DNA from: Octopus vulgaris
Taxonomy: Eukaryota
DNA length: 64,000 nt
NCBI GenBank assembly: GCA_951406725.2
Contig: OX597826.1
Location: forward strand, 13,144,001-13,208,000
Direction of reading: 5' to 3'
The notes beneath the pieces were generated by a model. That model worked only from the letters and a program-made list of their open reading frames with translations. It had not been told where the DNA came from and searched no databases. The number at the start of each line of letters is the position of its first letter. Position 1 is the first letter of the stretch. The position numbers were made by a program, and so were the translations under genes. Positions 42,141 to 64,000 of this stretch are shown here, piece by piece.

Positions 42141-44223
42141 GGGTCGGAAGAAGAAGTGGACTATTTAGGATTATTCACTGTACATCGACAACTACAAACT
42201 GTATTCTATGCACAGACATACACGCACACACTTACGTGCACAAAACACATGCATACATACATACACGTATGTATAATCCAAATCGGTATACATTCAAACG
42301 CAAAAAATAAATGTATGCATATAATGCTGAGATACATTCCTTTCTTCCTTCATCTTTCTTTCGTTTCGTCCTTCATGCATGCTATACATACATACATACA
42401 TACATACATACATACATACATACATGATGATGGCTTTTCCTCGTTATTGAGTATGGCTATTGCACGAAGCTCAACTGTTATTGGTGCTGTGATCGAATGT
42501 GACTTTTTAGCCCAGCTAAAGATCTACAATGTCTTGTACAGAATTGGCAACTAAAACCTTTACCGGTAATAGCCGGCTGTAGTTGTAACTGGGCTTCATG
42601 TACCTTTGCATGTCGTTTAAGTCCTCCTGCCGAATTAAACTCTCTTCCACATGCCTTTTATGGAGAGTTAGCTAAAGTAAGGAGGAATGTCAGGAAGGGC
42701 ATCGCTGTTACACTTCCAGATGGGAAGGGTCTTCCTATGATGCTGACATGCAGTGTCTGTGCAAGACCCTGCCTCAGTAAAGCTGGACTCAAGAGTCCCT
42801 CCTTATATCAATAATATACATACATACATACATACATACCTGCGAGCGTACCATATTTGAATACATTTATTTAAATGCTCAGATTTACTTTGAGATTAAA
42901 CATATTGTTTAGTAAGCATACATAGACACGCTCTCTCATACATTCGCCTATTTTCTGTATGTGTGTATTTCATAAAGTGCACAAATTTCAGATAATTTGG
43001 ACGTGAAATCGGTGAGGAGACGATGTTCACAAAATGATATATACAGGCTGACAAATGCATCTATTAATACGATTAGAGTTATATTTGGGAGAGCACACAA
43101 AGTAAAAATAAAAGGTAAATGGGCCTCCGTCGTATCGACGATGAATGTTCGCGTGTACGATTAATTGAACTACCCAGTCATTGAATTAGCATGTAAGTGG
43201 CAGAATACTCCACAGTCATATGTACCTGCGTGACACAATGTGTAATAAGGTTAGACATTTTGAGTTACAGGTACTGTCCATCTGGCGGGCTTCTCCACAG
43301 TTTCCGTCTACCCGGTATCATTCACAAGGCTTGGGTCGACCCGCGGGTATGGTAAAAGGCACTTGTTCACGATATCTCAAAGTGGGATCGACTGTGGTGC
43401 TTCGTGATTGCAAAGCAAACTGCTTAACCATTTGGCTATGTTGCGTGCATCCCACCCCGCTGTACAAAGTTGTATCCAGATACACAGAGTTAAATATGCG
43501 CACACTATTTGAACCAATTTAACACACACAAATACACACACAATGTTATATATACACAATATATAATACATAATTCACACATGTAATATGCACAAGCATG
43601 AACGTTCATAAATTATATACATCTATTATACATACATATGCATTTGGAAGGGCATACGTTCAGTTAAATATTTTCAAAATTTCTAGTAATCCCGCAGCCT
43701 TTCATTCGTCCCATATGCCAAAAGATTGTGGTACTCTCTTTGTACGGATTTCAAGGTCTATATACAAATATCTGAACGTTTCCTCGTAATTCATATATTC
43801 ATAAACAACTATATGCCACACTCTTTAGAATGAAATCCATAGAAAAATCTAGTCACCAAAGTTTAAAACTACCAGTCTTTCCATATCTACCGGGTTTGGA
43901 AAATTTGGGGTACTTTCTCAGTAGCCCCTTCGAGAAAAATTTTGATTTACTACATATATACAGATTTGTGTATGTATTTACTCACACACCTTATAGATAT
44001 AATATATATAAAATTTTCGGTCATTTTCTAACTCCGGAAAAAGAAAAAAAAAAAATTGGAAATAGAAACCGTTTTCTTCACCTCTTTATATTTTCTCTGT
44101 TTTGTGTTCAAGTAGTATAATCTTTAGGTACATATTTGGCATTTTTGCCTTAAGGTTTTTAAGTTCCGTTAAGTATGGATTTTGGAAGTTAGATCAGGCA
44201 ATAAAGTTTGATTTTTAATGACG

Positions 44224-44278
<55 letters not shown>

Positions 44279-45624
44279 ATGCAGTTGACTTCAGATTTTG
44301 AAAGCAATTATTTCGCTTTGGAAAGATCACCTTAGACACGTAGAGAAAGAAAAAGAAAACACAGCATGTAGATATGTTTTTTTGCAAAAATAAACCAACA
44401 TTAATAATATTGTTTACGTATGCATATCTTCGTGTTTGATGATTTGATTGATTATAACTCAAGATATGATGAACAAATGATACACATTTGGATGATAACT
44501 GGATGCAAAAAAAAAAAATTTAAAAGAATTGAAATATACCAACAGTTAATTGGTTTTAAAATTAATGGAATCAGGTCTAAAAAAAAAAATATATGAAGAG
44601 ATCAATAAAATATTTTGCCACAAAAAATATTTCCAGGTAAAGAAAATGTATATAAATGAACCAAAGGTGTGATTGGAAAATCAAACAACATAAAAAAAAA
44701 GGCTCCAGGAGTTCGGTTTACTCCAGTAAAACTTTCGTCGACTTTCTTGGACAGAAAACGCGTTGTGAGAGAAACATCTCTTTAGGAAAACTCGCAAAAC
44801 ATGTACATTATTATGATTCTTCTCGATTAAGCTAAAGACTCCAATAAAAGTTTTGCTTAAGAATACACGCGTGATAAAAATTACCAAGTTAGTTATCCAT
44901 TCAGGTCTCTCTCTTTTTTTATATTTTACATAGACCTTTGATATACTGAATTTGAAAATTACAGTTTATATATAATTATGTTTGTTTCTCTTTTTCTAAT
45001 TATATTTTACCTGTAAGTTATCATAAATACTTACAGAAACAGATGTAGAAATGAACATTTGATATTAAGAAAAAAAAAAAAGAAAATTTTAAAAGGTATC
45101 AGCTCACATGAGTATCGGAAGATAACTACCTATGACTGAGAGAGAGAGAGAGAGTCTTGTATATATATTTGTTATGACACCGATGTAAAATAAATATGTA
45201 TGCAAAGTAATCGCATGTGGTAGAGATATGGACAAATCCAAAATCTGCTCTTTTGTCATGGAAGCTACTTATCTGTCTATCTCCAACAGAGTGTAACACT
45301 GTTGGAGCGATATATATTTATCCAATATATATCCATGTATGTGTTTGTGTGTGTAGTAAATTTCTTGTGTCATGTCTGACATGTTTCCTTCGACACAGTC
45401 GATTGCACTACGTTATAATGATTAAAAAATCTTCATATTTGTGGAGTGATACCTGCAGCAGTTATGCTGGTAGCACTATCTGCCCCGATGACTGCACCAA
45501 AGCTATCACGCCCCACCGTTCCTCTTTCAACTTATTCGTTCTTAAAACTTTCTTTCTCTTTACCTTATCTCCGGTTTTTATATACTAACTTACTAACTTT
45601 TCTAAAATACAAAAGAACTATACA

Positions 45625-45658
<34 letters not shown>

Positions 45659-45736
45659 TATAGATATGAATATGCATATATATGTACATATATATACACA
45701 AGTTTGCATAAATGCATATAAATAGATTTATATACC

Positions 45737-45779
<43 letters not shown>

Positions 45780-45839
45780 AAACATTTGTAGGTATATGTA
45801 AGCAAATATACATTTAAATATACATAACATATATGTGTA

Positions 45840-45876
<37 letters not shown>

Positions 45877-45939
45877 TCATGTATGTATTAATATACTTCA
45901 TTATAATTTCTTTCCAATGTATCCTATTTGTATGATAGA

Positions 45940-58299
<12,360 letters not shown>

Positions 58300-58997
58300 C
58301 TGAAGAATAGAAATAACACCAATATTAAACACGAAATTTCCACCCAAATGCTACTACCGTTTCCACCCAACTACTAGTATTTTCCATTTAACGTAATTAT
58401 AATGTGATTAGTTTCCACAAAATATTCGTTTCAAAGTTTTGGCTCAGGGCCATCAATTTCAGCGGGGTGGGGGACCAGTCGATAACATCCACTCCACTGC
58501 TGAATTTATTTTATAAACACCCGAAAGGATGAAAAGCGAAGTCGACCATGGCGAAATTTGAACGCAGAACGCGAAGACTGACAAAATAGGGCTTGGCATT
58601 TTACCTGGCGTGCTAACGATTCTGCCAGCTAATCGCATTAAAAACCAAAATATCAAGTGAGAGCAATCGCATGCTAGTGTTAGAAAGAATATACGTGCTA
58701 GATAAGAGTTCCAAAATCGCGAAGATTTTGTTGAGGGAGAAAGGTCGATCAAAGAATTTCAAGCATATGTAAATGTTAGTATGTAGGGTTGAATTTACGT
58801 TAGAATGGTACGGAATCATCAAATTTGTTTGAACAAAAATTAATGTAGAACCGAATGAAGTCGATGCCTTTTTTAACAGAATTAAACGAAACAAGTCTTT
58901 ATCAATCATAACTAAAAATTCCACAACGTTTTAACATTATCAGATATCATTCCCTCATGAATAATATTTCCGGTGTTATAAAAACGGTATAATATAT

Positions 58998-59402
58998 ACT
59001 CTTTTACTCTTTTACTTGTTTCAGTCATTTGACTGCGGCCATGCTGGAGCACCGCCTTTAGTCGAGCAAATTGACCCCGGGACTTATTCTTTGTAAGCCC
59101 AGTACTTATTCTATCGGTCTCTTTTGCAGAACCGCTAAGTTACGGGGACATAAACACACCAGCATCGGTTGTCAAGCAATGCTAGGGGGACAAACACAGA
59201 CACACACACACTCATATATATATATATATACATATATACGACGGGCTTCTTTCAGTTTCCGTCTACCAAATCCACTCACAGGGCTTTGGTCGGCCCGAGG
59301 CTATAGTAGAAGACATTTGCCCAAGGTGCCACGCAGTGGGACTGAACACGGAACCATGTGGTTGGTAAACAAGCTACTTACCACACAGCCACTCCTGCGC
59401 CT
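58998..59402 (-). mobile_element. SINE family A
   Basis: Full-length match to the consensus. Confidence 0.9.
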
Positions 59403-59860
59403 ATGGAGATAAATCGCTTATAAATTTGAATATATCGAGCAATTAAGGCGGCTAGCTGGCAGAATCGTTAACAGGCAGGGCAAAATGCTTAGCGGCATTT
59501 CGTCCGTCGATACGATCTGATTTCAAATTCCGTTGATACCGACTTTAACTTTCATTCTTTCGGGGTCGATAAAATAAGTACCAGTTGAGCAGTGAGGTCG
59601 ATCTAATCGACTTGTCCCTCCTTCCAAATTGCTGGTCTTTGTATCAAGACTTGGAGAGAAATATGCCAAATGTTAAATCTAAGATTATATTTCCACGTGA
59701 AAATGTAGATGAAATTCCATCGCAACATGAGGCCGATGACGACTGAATTCCATCATTACGAGAGGAGCGAGAGGAGCGTTGGTCGGAATTTTATCATAAC
59801 TAAAGTAAATAAATAAATAAATAAATAATAATACGTGAATTAATCAAAAGCATAAGGTAT

Positions 59861-61470
59861 ACTCTTACTCTTTTACTTGTTTCAGTCATTTGACTGCGGC
59901 CATGCTGGAGCACCGCCTTGTCGAGCAAATCAACCCCGGGACTTATTCTTTATTGTCATGAATATTACTCTTTTACTTGTTTCAGTCATTTGACTGCGGC
60001 CATGCTGGAGCACCGCCTTGTCGAGCAAATCAACCCCGGGACTTATTCTTTATTGTCATGAATATTACTCTTTTACTTGTTTCAGTCATTTGACTGCGGC
60101 CATGCTGGAGCACCGCCTTGTCGAGCAAATCAACCCCGGGACTTATTCTTTATTGTCATGAATATTACTCTTTTACTTGTTTCAGTCATTTGACTGCGGC
60201 CATGCTGGAGCACCGCCTTTAGTCGAGCAAATCAACCCCGGGACTTATTCTTTATTGTCATGAATATTACTCTTTTACTTGTTTCAGTCATTTGACTGCG
60301 GCCATGCTGGAGCACCGCCTTTAGTCGAGCAAATCAACCCGGGACTTATTCTTTATTGTCATGAATATTACTCTTTTACTTGTTTCAGTCATTTGACTGC
60401 GGCCATGCTGGAGCACCGCCTTTAGTCGAGCAAATCAACCCCGGGACTTATTCTTTATTGTCATGAATATTACTCTTTTACTTGTTTCAGTCATTTGACT
60501 GCGGCCATGCTGGAGCACCGCCTTTAGTCGAGCAAATCAACCCCGGGACTTATTCTTTATTGTCATGAATATTACTCTTTTACTTGTTTCAGTCATTTGA
60601 CTGCGGCCATGCTGGAGCACCGCCTTTAGTCGAGCAAATCAACCCCGGGACTTATTCTTTATTGTCATGAATATTACTCTTTTACTTGTTTCAGTCATTT
60701 GACTGCGGCCATGCTGGAGCACCGCCTTGTCGAGCAAATCAACCCCGGGACTTATTCTTTATTGTCATGAATATTACTCTTTTACTTGTTTCAGTCATTT
60801 GACTGCGGCCATGCTGGAGCACCGCCTTGTCGAGCAAATCAACCCCGGGACTTATTCTTTATTGTCATGAATATTACTCTTTTACTTGTTTCAGTCATTT
60901 GACTGCGGCCATGCTGGAGCACCGCCTTTAGTCGAGCAAATCAACCCCGGGACTTATTCTTTATTGTCATGAATATTACTCTTTTACTTGTTTCAGTCAT
61001 TTGACTGCGGCCATGCTGGAGCACCGCCTTGTCGAGCAAATCAACCCGGGACTTATTCTTTATTGTCATGAATATTACTCTTTTACTTGTTTCAGTCATT
61101 TGACTGCGGCCATGCTGGAGCACCGCCTTTAGTCGAGCAAATCAACCCCGGGACTTATTCTTTATTGTCATGAATATTACTCTTTTACTTGTTTCAGTCA
61201 TTTGACTGCGGCCATGCTGGAGCACCGCCTTTAGTCGAGCAAATCAACCCCGGGACTTATTCTTTATTGTCATGAATATTACTCTTTTACTTGTTTCAGT
61301 CATTTGACTGCGGCCATGCTGGAGCACCGCCTTTAGTCGAGCAAATCAACCCCGGGACTTATTCTTTATTGTCATGAATATTACTCTTTTACTTGTTTCA
61401 GTCATTTGACTGCGGCCATGCTGGAGCACCGCCTTTAGTCGAGCAAATCGACCCCGGGACTTATTCTTTG
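59861..61470. repeat. Tandem array of 16 x ~99-102-bp units derived from the SINE A 3' tail
   Basis: The unit is the SINE tail plus a constant 13-nt linker ATTGTCATGAATA. The last unit runs into a full SINE. Confidence 0.95.
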
Positions 61471-61600
61471 TAAGCCCAGTACTTATTCTATCGGTCTCTT
61501 TTGCCGAACCGCTAAGTTACGGTGACGTAAACACACCAGCATCCGTTGTCAAGCGATGTGGGGGGGGGAGACAAACACAGACACACACACACACACATAC

Positions 61601-61634
<34 letters not shown>

Positions 61635-61797
61635 GACGGGCTTATTTCAGTTTCCCTCTACCAAATCCACTCACAAGTCTTTGGTCAATCCGGGGCAATA
61701 GTAGAAGACACTTGCCCAAGGTGCCACGCAGCGGGACACAACCCGGAACCATGTGGTTCGTAAACCAGCTACTTACCACACAGTCACTCCTACGCCG
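61382..61797 (-). mobile_element. SINE family A, parent of the tandem array
   Basis: Full-length copy contiguous with the array. Confidence 0.9.
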
Positions 61798-62334
61798 CCT
61801 ACGTGTAACGAAATATTTTAATGTACATTTGACACCAAAATGCAAACCTAGTTATGTCACTGAATACAATAACAAAACAGCTCAACAGATCTAAATACAG
61901 ACAACAAACCTAAAAAGCAGTGTCCTGGACGAATAGAAGATAGCTTTATGACAAATAAGAATTTATAGGCGGACTACAAATAGGCTGATATCTGCTCTAT
62001 TGAAGAAGATTGTGTTAGAACAAACAGAAACTTAGAGGTGCTCGAAAAATAGGTTAACATATATAGCCTATAGCTGAAGATAATAATATGGCTGTGGGAA
62101 CTTATAGTCACTCGGAAAACAGGCTAACATTTAACCTATAAATGAAGATATTCTTGTAAACAAATGGGAATTTATAGGGGCTCCGAATATAGGTTAATAT
62201 TTAGCTTGTAGATGAAGATAATAACATGCCAGATAGGAACTTATAGGCACTTTCTAAGTAGGTTAACATCTGGCATTTTCCATATCTTATTTTGTTATTT
62301 ATTATATTTTTTTCTTCATTTAAGGTTTAGTCGT

Positions 62335-62370
<36 letters not shown>

Positions 62371-62666
62371 AGAAAAACTACGAGAAAACCCTTGAGTGAC
62401 GTATTGGAATATTACTGAGGTGGGAAACAGAAAAAGAAAAAAAAAATTAATAATTAGAAAAAGTTTAAAAAAACCCAGAAAAATCTCCCATCATATTCAG
62501 TACAGGATAATAAAAATAAACTGTATTGGATATCCAATAAACACACGTGACTACAAATTCCCACATTCCCACCTCATAAACAATAATTCCCCCACCACCA
62601 CCACATATATATGTAATTTGTGCATATGTGTAGACGTATATGTATATTTGTGTGTGTGCATATATA

Positions 62667-62772
<106 letters not shown>

Positions 62773-63111
62773 ACACTCCCCCACATACACAAACATATAG
62801 CCATGTACAAATTACTTATATAAAGCGCCATTAGCTAATAACCACCGAAACTGCAATATGGCTGCCTTCGAAGTGTAATGGCATCCGAGCTAATAATGAT
62901 GTACCGGATGTATCTTGCTCATATAATCCAACTTATTTCACTCCATTTTTTATTTGTTTTCTTTAATGCTGCACGCCTACTGATTACGTCCTTCGGCAAG
63001 ATACTCATTTCTGTTTACTTTTCAGACAAAATATTCTCAGAGCAAGTTTTACAGCGCAAATGGAGAGTGACACTACTCCTACTACTACTACTACTACTGC
63101 TGCTGCTACTG

Positions 63112-63960
<849 letters not shown>

Positions 63961-64000
63961 CACAAGGTCAGTAACTTTAGTGAGGGAGCAAGACAGTTAC

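Noticed and set aside
41038-42310. 353-aa poly-N/D/K and 399-aa poly-I/M ORFs as genes
   Set aside because: The frames are open only because (AAT)n lacks stops in two frames. There is no domain and no splice support.
45455-45530. Possible extra Delta-like exon encoding an intracellular tail (ends CAG|GTATC)
   Set aside because: There is no good acceptor, no recognisable Delta tail or PDZ motif, and it lies after an in-frame stop. More likely 3' UTR.
59861-61470. CRISPR-like array
   Set aside because: The linkers are identical rather than unique spacers, the repeat is a SINE tail, the context is eukaryotic, and there are no cas genes.

Overview
This is AT-rich animal genomic DNA saturated with microsatellites and SINEs. 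The SINE families and the simple-repeat load point to an octopus or other coleoid cephalopod (inference). Two genes are supportable. The first is a minus-strand Delta-like (DSL) Notch-ligand gene with 7 reconstructable coding exons (58299 to 45940: end of MNNL/C2, DSL, 9 EGF repeats). Its first exons lie beyond the right edge, and it ends in a short hydrophobic GPI-signal-like tail rather than a transmembrane plus intracellular domain. The second is an intron-containing tRNA-Leu(CAA) at 5620-5734. The rest is mobile DNA: at least 5 SINE families, Tx1/L1 and RTE LINE fragments, Tc1/mariner/maT relics, MITEs (mariner, piggyBac-like, 8-bp-TSD) and a non-autonomous Helitron. A recurring hidden theme is several unrelated short elements embedded in microsatellites that carry minimal Penelope-type hammerhead-ribozyme motifs (6416, 18869, 28145, 50085, 50312, 53798, 54755). 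One of these has a tRNA-like Pol III head, and two are head-to-head inverted duplications. Also present are a 16-copy ~100-bp satellite built from a SINE tail and a scrambled mosaic of short duplications at 29.3-34.1 kb. Nearly all listed ORFs are simple-repeat artefacts.
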